Shown: positions 31,070 to 40,845 of the stretch, one piece after another
How positions within the stretch are numbered: the stretch's first letter is position 1
Layout: each line of letters starts with the position of its first letter
Source of the DNA: an uncultured delta proteobacterium
Lineage (GTDB): Bacteria > Desulfobacterota > RBG-13-43-22
Length of the DNA stretch: 64,000 bases
Direction of reading: 5' to 3'
Assembly: GCA_963802945.1 (NCBI GenBank)
Contig: CAWDKY010000015.1
Coordinates: 224,001 to 288,000, forward strand
Notes under the pieces: generated by a model
The model's input: the letters and a program-made list of their open reading frames with translations, nothing else
Databases searched by the model: none
What the model was told of the DNA's origin: nothing
Position numbers and translations under genes: made by a program

Positions 31070-31387
31070 ATGTTAACCATAACCGAACCCGCACAAGCGG
31101 CCATCAAGGATCATTTTGAAAAACAAAAAATCAGCTCGGCCATCAGGATTTTTTTAAGCCACGGCGGCTGATCGGGGGCGTCGCTGGCCCTGGCTCTGGA
31201 TGAGTCGAAAGAAAGCGATAACGTATATGATATCAATGGAATTACTTATCTAATAGACAAAGCGTTGTCTGAACAGGCCAAAGAGGTTAAGGTGGATTTC
31301 ATAAATTCTAATGGACGATCCGGATTTTCCGTCACTTCGGCCTTGAATTTGGGCGGAAGTTCCTGCGGCAGTTCGTGCAGTTGTTAA
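31070..31387 (+). CDS. HesB/IscA-like selenoprotein (Sec at codon 34)
   Basis: RBS AAAGGA; MLTITEPAQAAIKDHF..IRIFLSHGG-TGA-SGASLALALDE..YLID..VKVDF..GFSVTS..CGSSCSC*; frame stays open after the TGA; SECIS-like hairpin. Confidence 0.88.
31169..31206 (+). promoter_or_regulatory. Putative bacterial SECIS element
   Basis: TGA at 31169-71; stem GGCTC/GAGTC with TGGAT loop at 31197-31201. Confidence 0.6.
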
Positions 31388-31413
31388 AAAAATGTCGGTG
31401 AATTTTCTTGGGG

Positions 31414-31450
31414 AGGGGCAGGGTTAATAACCCGCCCCTTTGTTTTTTAT
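31414..31450 (+). terminator. Intrinsic terminator
   Basis: AGGGGCAGGGTT-aat-AACCCGCCCCTT followed by TGTTTTTT. Confidence 0.75.
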
Positions 31451-31489
31451 TTGAACCCTTGAATCCTCGAATCCTTGACCCCTACTCCG

Positions 31490-33070
31490 TTACAATTCCA
31501 ACGGCTGGGCCTTTTTTACTGAAGGCAGGGCGATAAGTTCTTTAAGGGCCGGGTCTGTAACGGGCTGACCCGTGGTCAAAAGGATAATATTTTCTCCCTT
31601 TTCTTTTTCCTGTCCCACCTGCATCTGTTCAATATTGACTTGATGTTTTCCCAGGGTTGTTCCGATACTCCCGATCACCCCGGGCTTGTCTTCATTGTAG
31701 ATCAGGAGCATGTGCCCCTCGGGAACAGCCTCTAAGCGAAACTTGTTCAAGCGAACAATCCGAGGTTCATATTTACCGAAAAGGGTGCCGGAGATGGAAC
31801 TTTCCATCTTCTGGGTCTTTACCCTCAAGGTAATCAGATTTAAGAAATCAGCAGACGTGTCGGTTTTGGATTCGATCACCTTTATTCCTCGATCGCGGGC
31901 CAAAATCGGGGCATTGACAAAATTAACCACATCCTTCAGGGCCGGAGTCAAAAGTCCTTTAAGCACGGAAACGGTCAACGGCTTGGTATCGAATCCGGCC
32001 ACCTCTCCCAGATATTCGATACAGACCTCGGTCATCGCGCCCTGAATGATCTGAGACTGGAAAGCCCCCAATCGTTCGGCCAACACCAGATAGGGTTTGA
32101 CCCGTTCCAGGAGATTGGCGCTGACCGAGGGGACATTGACCGCATTTTTAATGACCCCATGCAGTAGATAATCCACTATCTGCTCGGCCACAGCCACAGC
32201 CACATTCTCCTGGGCTTCATCCGTCGAGGCACCCAGATGAGGGGTACAGACAAAGTTTTCCAGAGAAAACAACGGGCATGCTCCGGGAGGCTCGGTCTCA
32301 AAGACATCTAAAGCCGCTCCCCCCACCTTGCCGCTCTTTAATCCCTCATAAAGGGCCTTTTCATCAACGATGCCCCCTCGGGAGGCGTTGACGATCATCA
32401 CCCCGTCTTTCATCTTGGCAATAGCCTGGGCGTTGATCAGCCCCAGGGTATCCTTGGTCTTGGGCGTATGGATGGTGATGAAATCCGCCCGTTGAAAGAG
32501 TTCTTCCAAGGTGACCGGTTCAATACCTTGGGTTAATAAAATTTCCGGCTGTATAAAGGGATCGTAGGCGATCACCTGCATTTTGAGTCCCTTGGCCCGG
32601 TCGGCCACTATACTGCCGATTTTCCCCAAGCCGATGATCCCCAAGGTCTTGTTGAATATTTCCTTGCCCTGGAATTTTTTCTTTTCCCATTTCTGATCTT
32701 TAAGGGAGGCTGTGGCCTGAGGGATCTTCCGGGCCAAGGCCAGAAGCAGCGAAATGGCATGTTCGGCCGTGGTTATGGTGTTGCCTTCCGGGGTGTTCAT
32801 GACCACGATGCCCCGTTGGGAAGCAGCCGGGATATCCACATTATCCAGACCGATCCCGGCCCGGCCCACTACCTTAAGCTTATCGGCCGCCTTGATAATT
32901 TCAGCCGTAACCTTGGTGGCGCTGCGAATGACCAGACCGTCATATTCCTTGATAGTAGCCTTCAATTCATCGGGGCTCAGGCCGGTTTTGACGTCCACTT
33001 GGATTCCTTTGGCTTTCTTAAAGATCTCCACTCCTTTTTCCGATAAATTATCACTGACCAGTATCTTCAT
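31490..33070 (-). CDS. serA: D-3-phosphoglycerate dehydrogenase (with ASB/ACT domains)
   Basis: RAGIGLDNVD, GLGKIG, TPHLGAST and DKPGVIG motifs. Confidence 0.95.
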   Translation of the reverse strand: MKILVSDNLSEKGVEIFKKAKGIQVDVKTGLSPDELKATIKEYDGLVIRSATKVTAEIIKAADKLKVVGRAGIGLDNVDIPAASQRGIVVMNTPEGNTITTAEHAISLLLALARKIPQATASLKDQKWEKKKFQGKEIFNKTLGIIGLGKIGSIVADRAKGLKMQVIAYDPFIQPEILLTQGIEPVTLEELFQRADFITIHTPKTKDTLGLINAQAIAKMKDGVMIVNASRGGIVDEKALYEGLKSGKVGGAALDVFETEPPGACPLFSLENFVCTPHLGASTDEAQENVAVAVAEQIVDYLLHGVIKNAVNVPSVSANLLERVKPYLVLAERLGAFQSQIIQGAMTEVCIEYLGEVAGFDTKPLTVSVLKGLLTPALKDVVNFVNAPILARDRGIKVIESKTDTSADFLNLITLRVKTQKMESSISGTLFGKYEPRIVRLNKFRLEAVPEGHMLLIYNEDKPGVIGSIGTTLGKHQVNIEQMQVGQEKEKGENIILLTTGQPVTDPALKELIALPSVKKAQPLEL

Positions 33071-33101
33071 GATGACCTCTTTTTAGCCGACTGCTTTAAA
33101 C

Positions 33102-33290
33102 TAGTGTATTTTGTCTCAATAACAGGTTTACAATTGTTCTCAGGCCGTCATTCCCGCGAAGCTTATCCTGGACCTGCTTGGGGAGCGGGAATCCGGGTTG
33201 AAAAGACCGGATTCAGGATTCAGCTTGTCCTCGAAGGTCGTAATCGGGTGTCCGGAATGACAAGACTGCCAAGTAATTACCGATACCCTA
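33102..33290. repeat. REP-like composite element
   Basis: GTCATTCCCGCGAAGC...GCGGGAATCC and TCCGGAATGAC units. Confidence 0.6.
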
Positions 33291-33375
33291 ACCTAATCAA
33301 CGTGATTGAAAAATGATTAGCCCATTTTTATCAAATGATGATTTTTTTGTCAACAGATTAAAGCCAATATGAAAA

Positions 33376-33411
33376 TAAAAAAACCCTGGAAGGTTGCCCC
33401 TCCAGGGTTTT
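33376..33411 (-). terminator. Intrinsic terminator of the porin-like gene
   Basis: AAAACCCTGGA...TCCAGGGTTTT hairpin, with an A-run on the + strand. Confidence 0.75.
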
Positions 33412-33434
33412 GAGGTTGATTATTTTAAGTTGAA

Positions 33435-34805
33435 TTAGAAACTAAACTGGAACTCAATACCGCCCACCACGTCTTGTCCAAGTTCGAGTTTTGAGTTTAA
33501 CGGGTAGGGATAAGCCGCCGCAATGGGAAATCCCGGAGCATAACCCAAATCAGAGGCAAAAAGTTCCGGAATTATGGTAAAATTTTTGTTTATCTTGATA
33601 TAGCAGTTGATACCATAGATAGTCCTGGTGTTTGAGGTTTCCCCGGTTGTATATGCACCGGTTGGAGTCGTGGAAATATCTATGCCGCCAAAGATATGCG
33701 GAGTTACCATACCGAATGTCCAGGATAGATCAGCCCAAAACGCGGTGGTGTTGGCATTCTGGATCTTCCCCAAGGCGTTTCTTGTAAAGAGGGCAAATTC
33801 AGCTTCCCCTTGGCACATATTGACATCATATCCAGTTGAACCACCGAGGTTCTGGCCATACGTACCTTCCAACATACCTGTAAACGGTCCGACGTGTACC
33901 AAGACCGGTAAACGAACCAACCAGGAAGTCATAGAGGTATCCCAGCCGGCGGGCAATCCATCCCATTGGACTTGCTGAATTGCACCAGCCGGAAAGAGCA
34001 TGACAGGGCCGAAATTCAGTTCTAACTTGACGGCGAGCATGGGCAACGTGTAATAAGAATTTCTGCCATAGGTTGGCTGTGCCACATAAGCCCCCGCAAC
34101 ATAGGCCGGTGTGCCAAAAGCATCATAGGCTCCCGGTTCTACAAGAGAAATCTGGTAACCGAACATTTTGCTGATATGCTGTTCGAAACGTACTTGGGGA
34201 GCCTTTAGGTCATAAACACACCCGAAGCCAAGGCCGGCGACATGACCGGCCTGCAACACCATGGGCTCGTACCCAAGTCTTTGAGACATAGCCAAAGTAA
34301 TGGTGCTGCCTTCCATTTTACCGGCTGAAAGCACGCAGTTTCCGAATTTATAGCTTCCATACCATACATCTATACCAGCAAAATATTGTTCTTGCGTATA
34401 TAGAGTGGGTCCATAACCTCCTGATTGAACCCCAGGTGTGTTTATCGAATGGGGATTTTGTGAATTGTCACCAAAGGTGTAGAATCTCGCAAACATCGAG
34501 GCCGGACCAGCGTCCACTTTAAACCATAGGTTGGTCCAATATGGAACTGCATCGATCAACATGGTTTTGGAAGGGCCCGGCTTCCAAGGAAATACAGTCC
34601 CCCCACCAGTGTTATTGACCCCACTAGGAAAGGCAACGGTATTCGTCCATTGATCGGTATTATAGAAACCGATATCCCAATCCACTTCGCCGCCTACGGT
34701 CAGCCTTTCCCCTTTGGCGCCTTCAATACTAATGGCGAAGGCCGGCAGGGCAAGCGCTACCATCAAGAGCATCACAAAAGCAATCATCCCTAATTTTTTC
34801 ATCAT
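33435..34805 (-). CDS. Putative outer-membrane beta-barrel/porin
   Basis: Signal peptide (..LPAFA), Gly/aromatic-rich, C-terminal GIEFQFSF. Confidence 0.75.
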   Translation of the reverse strand: MMKKLGMIAFVMLLMVALALPAFAISIEGAKGERLTVGGEVDWDIGFYNTDQWTNTVAFPSGVNNTGGGTVFPWKPGPSKTMLIDAVPYWTNLWFKVDAGPASMFARFYTFGDNSQNPHSINTPGVQSGGYGPTLYTQEQYFAGIDVWYGSYKFGNCVLSAGKMEGSTITLAMSQRLGYEPMVLQAGHVAGLGFGCVYDLKAPQVRFEQHISKMFGYQISLVEPGAYDAFGTPAYVAGAYVAQPTYGRNSYYTLPMLAVKLELNFGPVMLFPAGAIQQVQWDGLPAGWDTSMTSWLVRLPVLVHVGPFTGMLEGTYGQNLGGSTGYDVNMCQGEAEFALFTRNALGKIQNANTTAFWADLSWTFGMVTPHIFGGIDISTTPTGAYTTGETSNTRTIYGINCYIKINKNFTIIPELFASDLGYAPGFPIAAAYPYPLNSKLELGQDVVGGIEFQFSF

Positions 34806-34944
34806 CTCTTTTTCTCCTTGTTGAAGTTGACGTTTTAAAATAGTCTTCTCTTCTACAAATCAAATCTCCTAACTTGTTTTTTTAATTATAAAATTCGCAA
34901 ACCACCCCCTTTTGTTTTCTAAGATTATTCCTATATTTCATTTT

Positions 34945-34973
34945 TTCATAACAGGTTAAATTTACGATGTCAA
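34945..34973 (-). promoter_or_regulatory. sigma70-like promoter for the porin-like gene
   Basis: TTGACA-17 bp-TATGAA with upstream TG. Confidence 0.55.
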
Positions 34974-35000
34974 GGTTTTTTTATTGGAAAGCGATCCCCC

Positions 35001-36359
35001 TTAGGCCCTGGCCAGGTCCTTCAGGGCTTGAACCGTTTTCCAGGAAAAAGGATTCAAACCAGGGACCAGGGAATTGTTATGAAATATCGGATCATCCGCC
35101 AGAAGAAATCGGGAGGATTGGCAGGCCTCGGGCCAAAGTGCTGTTTGGGGTAAGGGGGAATATTCCGCCAGTCTGGGACGGATCCCCAGGGTCTTCACCT
35201 CCCGGATCGTCTGCTCGATTTCCGAAAGGGTCTGACCAGGCAGACCGATCAGCAGATAGGCCTCAATCTGATTAGGTGCAAATCCGGCTTTTCGTAACGA
35301 GGTTATGGCCCGCTGTAGATCCTCCTTATCCATCTTGCCTCCCCAGGCCTTTTGCCGCTCCCAATTGGTCGTTTCCAGGCCCAAATGCAAGGTTTTGAAC
35401 CCGGCCTTATAAAGGAGCCGTGCCCGTTCCAAATTAATTTCCCTAACATGAATGGCATTGGGGGTATGAAACCGGAAGCCCATATTTTGCTTAAGTACTT
35501 CCTCCAGTACCAGCCCCAGATGATTCTCAAAGCCGATCAACAAGGCGTCATCATAAAAAGCGAAATCCAAAATACCTTTCGTCCGCTGCCAATAAACAAT
35601 TTCATCGCTCACCCCTTCGGCCGACCGCCGGCGAACCCTGGTTGCAGGATGTTAGAGGCGCAATAAGGGCAGGAAAAAGGACACCCCCGGGAAGTCAGGA
35701 GACAGATATAATTAAGTGAGGGATACAAATCAAAGGCCGGTAAAGGATAGTTGTCCAAGTTATCAAGGTTCGGGATATTGGGCGAAGCATGTCCAGTAAT
35801 CGAGTCCACTAACTTTAAAATTGCCCCCTCTCCCGGTCCAATGATAAGATGATCCGGTCGTACCATCTTTCGGGCATGGTCAGGCATCAAGGTGGCGTAG
35901 ATACCGCCCAGAATAATAGGCACCTGCGGATACACGGATTTGACTAAACGTATTGTTTCCTGTAATCCCGGATACCAATAGGTCATGGAAGAAGTGACCA
36001 AAACGGCCTGGGGGCGGGGGAGTTCTCTCAAGGCTTGAAGGAAAACCGCCGGAGGAACTCCATACCAGTAATAATACCTGGCGATATCCTGTAAACCGGG
36101 CGGTTTGGAAAGACGCTGGCGGAAGTATTTGCCTTGGCCAAAGGCCCGACGGGGCGGTAAAGGGGACAGAACTGTCGCGCCTTTAAAATGGACATCCAGC
36201 AATCCAAAAGATGCACCTGATAACCATTGTTCCGGAGAATTCCGGCCAGATAGAGCAACCCCAGGGGTTTGGCCCAGAGGTCAAAAGCGGTAAAGTCCCA
36301 GATATAGGGATTTGGAATTTCGGGATCCGGGATATAAGATTTGATGATTCCCCTTGCAC
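35001..36359 (-). pseudogene. B12-binding radical SAM protein, split by frameshifts
   Basis: NPYIWDF..DLWANPLGLLYLA, MTYWYPG, GGIYATL, CPFSCPYC and FHTPNA motifs; shifts near 36315, 36201 and 35634. Confidence 0.75.
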
Positions 36360-36404
36360 CCCTGACCTTGCTCCTTATACCCTAATTTTTTTATACCTGA
36401 ACCT

Positions 36405-37841
36405 ATGGAATCAGAGCAAATAAAAAAGCTGCGTCAGTGGGTGGTCGATCAACCCGAATTCAATCTTCTTCTTAACATTGCTCAGGAAGTCGGGGCGGAT
36501 ATCTTTCTGGTCGGAGGGCTGGTTCGCGACCGGCTGCTCAACATGGAAACCCAGGATTGGGACTTGACCCTTTCTCATCAAGCCCTGAAAGCAGCCGGAA
36601 TTTTTGCCGATCGAACAGGCGGGCATTTCGTTTTGTTTCGGGAAGAAGGGGAGATGGCCCGGGTAGTCCTACCTGACCGGACCTTCGATTTTGCTGTATT
36701 CCGAGGTCCTGACCTGAAAGCCGACCTGAGGGGCAGGGATTTTACGATTAACGCTATCAGTATTTCTCTAGCCCAGGCCTTTTCCCAAGGGGACTGGCTC
36801 CCCTATGATCCCTTAAACGGGATACAGGACCTGCAGGATAGGGTCCTGCGCATGACCTCCTCGGATTGTTTTCAACAGGACCCTTTGCGGATGCTTCGGA
36901 CCTTTCGATTATCGGCCCAACTGGGTTTGACTATCGATTCTGAGACAATGCTGGCCATTGAGGAATCAGCGCCAATCCTGATCCGAAGCGCCCCGGAACG
37001 CATCCATTATGAATGGATGACCTTGCTTTCTCAGCCTGTCAGTTTTCATGCTGTCCAGGCCATAGAAGAAGCCGGGTTGTTTAAAGTGTTTTTCCCGGAG
37101 ATGTATCCTTTAAAAGGAATCCTTCAAGATCGATATCATCACCTCGCTGTTTTTCAGCACAGTCTGCTGACCTTCCGATGTCTGGAAGAATTGATACAAA
37201 GGGAAATCCCCCTTCCGGGAGACCTGGCAGCAGAAACAGCTTCTTATTTAAAGCAGAACAGGAAAGCGGCCTGGCTGAAATGGGCGGCCCTGTTTCACGA
37301 TCTGGGAAAGGCGGCAACGGAAGGTGAAAAGGCAGGACACAAGACCTTTTATGGACATGCTGAGACCTCACAGAAGCAGTTCAGCCTAATAGCCAGGCGG
37401 TATCGGGTAAGTAACCGCGAAAAAAATTTTATTGAACAAATGATCGGATGGCACATGAAGCCCTTTTATCTGGTTCAAGAAGGATACAAGAAGGCCCTTA
37501 CCCATAGGGCCGTGATCCGATTCGTCCGAGAACTAGGGGACGAATTAAACGGGATCTTTTTACTAGCCCTGGCTGATAGCCTGGCGGCTCAGGGAAAAGA
37601 AAAATCAGAAGATCAAGAAGACCGACTTGTTGATTTGTGGCGTCAATCCATTTCCGTCAGAGACGAAATCATCCGTCCCTGGCAGGGGAATCCCCCTCTT
37701 GTTTCGGGAAACGATCTGATCGAACTGGGCTTGACCCCCAGCCCTTTGTTCAAAACCATCTTGTTGAAAATCCAGGAGGCGCAATGGGAAGGAAAGGTTT
37801 CAAGCCGGGAAGAGGCGTTGGAGTGGATTAAAAGAGATTAG
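36405..37841 (+). CDS. CCA tRNA nucleotidyltransferase/poly(A) polymerase family protein with HD domain
   Basis: VGGLVRD, DWD, RDFTINA, DPLRMLR and LFHDLGK motifs. Confidence 0.9.
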   Translation: MESEQIKKLRQWVVDQPEFNLLLNIAQEVGADIFLVGGLVRDRLLNMETQDWDLTLSHQALKAAGIFADRTGGHFVLFREEGEMARVVLPDRTFDFAVFRGPDLKADLRGRDFTINAISISLAQAFSQGDWLPYDPLNGIQDLQDRVLRMTSSDCFQQDPLRMLRTFRLSAQLGLTIDSETMLAIEESAPILIRSAPERIHYEWMTLLSQPVSFHAVQAIEEAGLFKVFFPEMYPLKGILQDRYHHLAVFQHSLLTFRCLEELIQREIPLPGDLAAETASYLKQNRKAAWLKWAALFHDLGKAATEGEKAGHKTFYGHAETSQKQFSLIARRYRVSNREKNFIEQMIGWHMKPFYLVQEGYKKALTHRAVIRFVRELGDELNGIFLLALADSLAAQGKEKSEDQEDRLVDLWRQSISVRDEIIRPWQGNPPLVSGNDLIELGLTPSPLFKTILLKIQEAQWEGKVSSREEALEWIKRD

Positions 37842-37860
37842 GCCTCTGATAAATATAGTT

Positions 37861-38077
37861 GGGGATGAATGGTCTTGTTTGAAAAATTATCCAAAAGTTG
37901 ATTATGAGTCTGCAATCCGGCCCAATGGCTAAGTTTGCTCAGGAGACGTATGCCTTCCTCTCAGCCTATTTCGGGCTTTGGGGTAGGCCTGCTTCTAAAA
38001 AATATTTTAAGTTTGGGCCTGTCAGATTGCTTTTGGCTTAAGGGTGGATAATTCCCCAAACAAGACCCCTCATCCCT
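37861..38077. mobile_element. MITE-like element with 33-bp imperfect terminal IR
   Basis: GGGGATGAATGGTCTTGTTTGAAAAATTATCCA matches the reverse complement of 38045-38077 at 27/33. Confidence 0.65.
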
Positions 38078-38154
38078 GGGGTACAGAGCGTCTGTAAAAT
38101 TCTCAGTCCATAGGATGCTGAAATGGAACGTATATGAAATCCACAATCCGAAAT

Positions 38155-38298
38155 CTATGGTTTGATGGGGGAGGTATAATTGGGATTGACCAGATACCCG
38201 ATGGTGACGATCAAGACAAAGACAATCCAAAAGACAATGGAAATAATCATCCAATCCTGTGAGGTATCGGGTTTAGTTTTTTGATCTTGGTCTTCCAT
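38155..38298 (-). CDS. 47-aa single-TM small protein (not in the ORF track)
   Basis: MEDQDQKTKPDTSQDWMIISIVFWIVFVLIVTIGYLVNPNYTSPIKP*; TTGACA-17-TAAATT ends 7 nt before the ATG. Confidence 0.6.
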   Translation of the reverse strand: MEDQDQKTKPDTSQDWMIISIVFWIVFVLIVTIGYLVNPNYTSPIKP

Positions 38299-38369
38299 TG
38301 GTAAAAATTTAGGGTATTTTGTTTCCCCTGTCAAGAAGATATTGGCACCCCTTCAGGTTGCCGACCCTT

Positions 38370-39677
38370 TTACAGCCAATCCCATTCTTTTAGTAGACCA
38401 AAGACCTCATCGGCCGCTGCCAAGGTTCTTTCCAGATCTTCCTGAGAATGGGCTGAAGAAATAAAAAGGGCCTCAAAGGCCGAAGGGGCCAGATAGACTC
38501 CTCTGGAACGCATTTCTCGGTAGAAGCGGGCATAGATTTCCGAAGAGGCCTTTTGAACCGTTTCATAGTCCCGAATTTCACCCTCGGTAAAAAAGAGGCT
38601 GCCCATGGACCCCATACGGGTCGTGACCAAAGGAATCCCTCTGGATCGAGCCAGGGCATTCAGTTTTTCAAAAAAGAAGGCGGCCTTTTCTTCCAATTGC
38701 GCATAGATCCCTTTTTGAGAAAGGACGTTCAAAGTGGCCAGTCCGGCGGCCGTGGCCAGAGGATTGCCGGAAAGGGTTCCGGCCTGATAGACCGGACCTT
38801 CCGGGGCAATGAAGGACATGATCTTTTTATTTCCGCCAAAAGCCCCGACCGGCAGACCGCCGCCGATGATCTTTCCCAGGCAGGTCAAATCAGGCATGAT
38901 TTGAAAGCGTTCCTGTGCTCCGCCGAGGGCCACCCGAAACCCGGTTATGACCTCATCAAAAATCAATAGAGATTGATACCGGCGGGTTTCTTCTCGCAGC
39001 CCTTCTAAAAAACCAGGTCTGGGTAAGACTACGCCCATATTGCCGGCCACCGGTTCCACAATCACTGCCGCCACTTGATCTCCCCTTGTCTTTAAGGTCT
39101 GACGAACTTTTTCCAAATCATTATAGGGCAGGGAAAGGGTCAAGGAGGCAATTGCTTTGGGGACGCCGGGACTGCCGGGAATGCCCAAGGTGGCTATCCC
39201 TGAACCGGCCTTGATCAAAAAACCGTCTCCATGTCCGTGATAACAGCCGTCGAACTTGATGATCAAAGAACGTTTGGTATAGGCCCGGGCCAGCCTGACG
39301 GCACTCATGGTCGCCTCAGTGCCGGAAGTGACCAATCGGACCATTTCTATGGAAGGGACACAAGCCACGATCCGTTCCGCCAGTTCGACTTCTGCCTCGG
39401 TCGGGGCCCCGAAGCTTGTTCCCTTATCGGCTGCCTGCTTGACGGCTTCCTTCACCTGAGGATGGGCATGACCCAGGATGAGTGGTCCCCAGGATCCTAC
39501 ATAATCAATATAAGAGCGTCCATCTACATCAAAGATCTTCGAGCCTTCGGCCCGGCTGATAAACAAAGGGATGGTGCCGACGGATTTAGCGGCCCGGACC
39601 GGACTGTTAACCCCACCGGGAATTACAGCTTGGCCCCGTGTAAACAGGGTTTCTGATTTCGGTGAGGGATTATTCAT
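38370..39677 (-). CDS. hemL: Glutamate-1-semialdehyde 2,1-aminomutase
   Basis: PGGVNSPVRA, SGTEATM, FDEVITGFR and GKIIGGGLP motifs. Confidence 0.95.
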   Translation of the reverse strand: MNNPSPKSETLFTRGQAVIPGGVNSPVRAAKSVGTIPLFISRAEGSKIFDVDGRSYIDYVGSWGPLILGHAHPQVKEAVKQAADKGTSFGAPTEAEVELAERIVACVPSIEMVRLVTSGTEATMSAVRLARAYTKRSLIIKFDGCYHGHGDGFLIKAGSGIATLGIPGSPGVPKAIASLTLSLPYNDLEKVRQTLKTRGDQVAAVIVEPVAGNMGVVLPRPGFLEGLREETRRYQSLLIFDEVITGFRVALGGAQERFQIMPDLTCLGKIIGGGLPVGAFGGNKKIMSFIAPEGPVYQAGTLSGNPLATAAGLATLNVLSQKGIYAQLEEKAAFFFEKLNALARSRGIPLVTTRMGSMGSLFFTEGEIRDYETVQKASSEIYARFYREMRSRGVYLAPSAFEALFISSAHSQEDLERTLAAADEVFGLLKEWDWL

Positions 39678-40161
39678 TAAAATACCTCATAGTAGTTTTT
39701 TTCAGTTCTTTTCGGCTGAAGAGCAATTGATAGTCGTTCATGTCCGTGGCCCGTGAGATCTTTTCGGCTATCTGCCGACATTTTTCTTCGCTGGCCCCAT
39801 AGATCATGGTGAAGAGATTATACTTCCATTCGCCTTGAGCACGGCGATGATAACAATGGGTCACTTCTCTGTAAGAGGCCATGGTCCGGCCCACTTCATC
39901 TATTTTCCCCTCGGGAATCCTCCAGACCACCATAGCGTTGGCCGAAAATCCTGAATTCCTGTGCCTGAGCGTAGCCCCAAAACGGCGGATGAATCCTTCG
40001 TCCTTCAATTTTTTTATTATTTGCAAGAGGTGCTTTTGAGAAATCCCCAATTGTCGCGCGATTGGGGCAAAGGGTTGAGCGCTGGCAGGAAGATCCCCGG
40101 TGAGTTCCCGGATAATTCTTTTTTCCAGGTCCGACAGGCCGTTTCCCATCTTCTGCTTCAA
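39670..40161 (-). CDS. Lrp/AsnC-like siroheme decarboxylase subunit (AhbB/NirH-like)
   Basis: IRRFGATLRH, NAMVVW, VTHCYHR, WKYNLFTMI and ELKKT motifs. Confidence 0.85.
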   Translation of the reverse strand: MKQKMGNGLSDLEKRIIRELTGDLPASAQPFAPIARQLGISQKHLLQIIKKLKDEGFIRRFGATLRHRNSGFSANAMVVWRIPEGKIDEVGRTMASYREVTHCYHRRAQGEWKYNLFTMIYGASEEKCRQIAEKISRATDMNDYQLLFSRKELKKTTMRYFNE

Positions 40162-40505
40162 AAATATTTCCGTTCCAATTCTCCCACCAGTGATTCCATG
40201 GACTGATGGATGTTTTTATATCGATCCAAGAGGGCCTTCCCTTGAGGGGTCAAACGCAGACCCCCCTTTTTCCCTTGTTCGGTATCCTTTTCAGCCAAGA
40301 GGAAGCCCAGTCGCTCCTCAGAGGCCTTTAACCGCCCCCAGGCCGCTCGATAGGACATATTCATCTTTTTGGCCGCCTGGGCCAGGGACCCATAGTCTTC
40401 AATAGCCTGGAGAAGCTGATTTCGACCTTCTCCAAAAAGAACCCGTTTATCCTTTTCCAACCAGATCTTGAATTGGATCTTCATTGGAAATTTTCTCCCG
40501 GTCAA
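40158..40505 (-). CDS. ModE-type winged-helix protein without TOBE domains
   Basis: FGEGR..LL, GSLAQAAKKMNMSYRAAW and GG.RLT motifs. Confidence 0.8.
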   Translation of the reverse strand: MTGRKFPMKIQFKIWLEKDKRVLFGEGRNQLLQAIEDYGSLAQAAKKMNMSYRAAWGRLKASEERLGFLLAEKDTEQGKKGGLRLTPQGKALLDRYKNIHQSMESLVGELERKYF

Positions 40506-40683
40506 TAGGCCAAAATTGTATAAATTTTTTTAGGTTTTATAGCCTATCATGGCAGTTTTGAAAAAGAATTGCAAGCCCCCTCAATTCTCTTTTTATGGTC
40601 CTTGAATTCCATTTTCCTTGACCCTTGAAAGCCTTTTCTTATATTTTTCGAGGCAGGAAATACTTAAATATGATAAGCAATAT

Positions 40684-40838
40684 GGGTTTCAAATATAAAT
40701 GGCTAAAGTCACTGGATTCCGGGTCAAGCCCGGAATGACGACAGAAATTTTCCGAAAGTCAGTCACTCCGGCGAAAGCCGGGTCCAGGAATAAGAATTAT
40801 TCAGATAAGGCAGAATGTTATTTCAATTATGAGACTCT
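40684..40838. repeat. REP-doublet element with imperfect IR ends
   Basis: CTGGATTCCGGGTCAAGCCCGGAATGAC and GTCACTCCGGCGAAAGCCGGGTCCAG; ends GGGTTTCAAATATAAAT / ATTTCAATTATGAGACTC. Confidence 0.6.
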
Positions 40839-40845
40839 TTATAAT

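Noticed and set aside
37961-38254. 97-aa ORF from the track
   Set aside because: An alternative frame gives a TM protein with a promoter, and this ORF runs into the IR element
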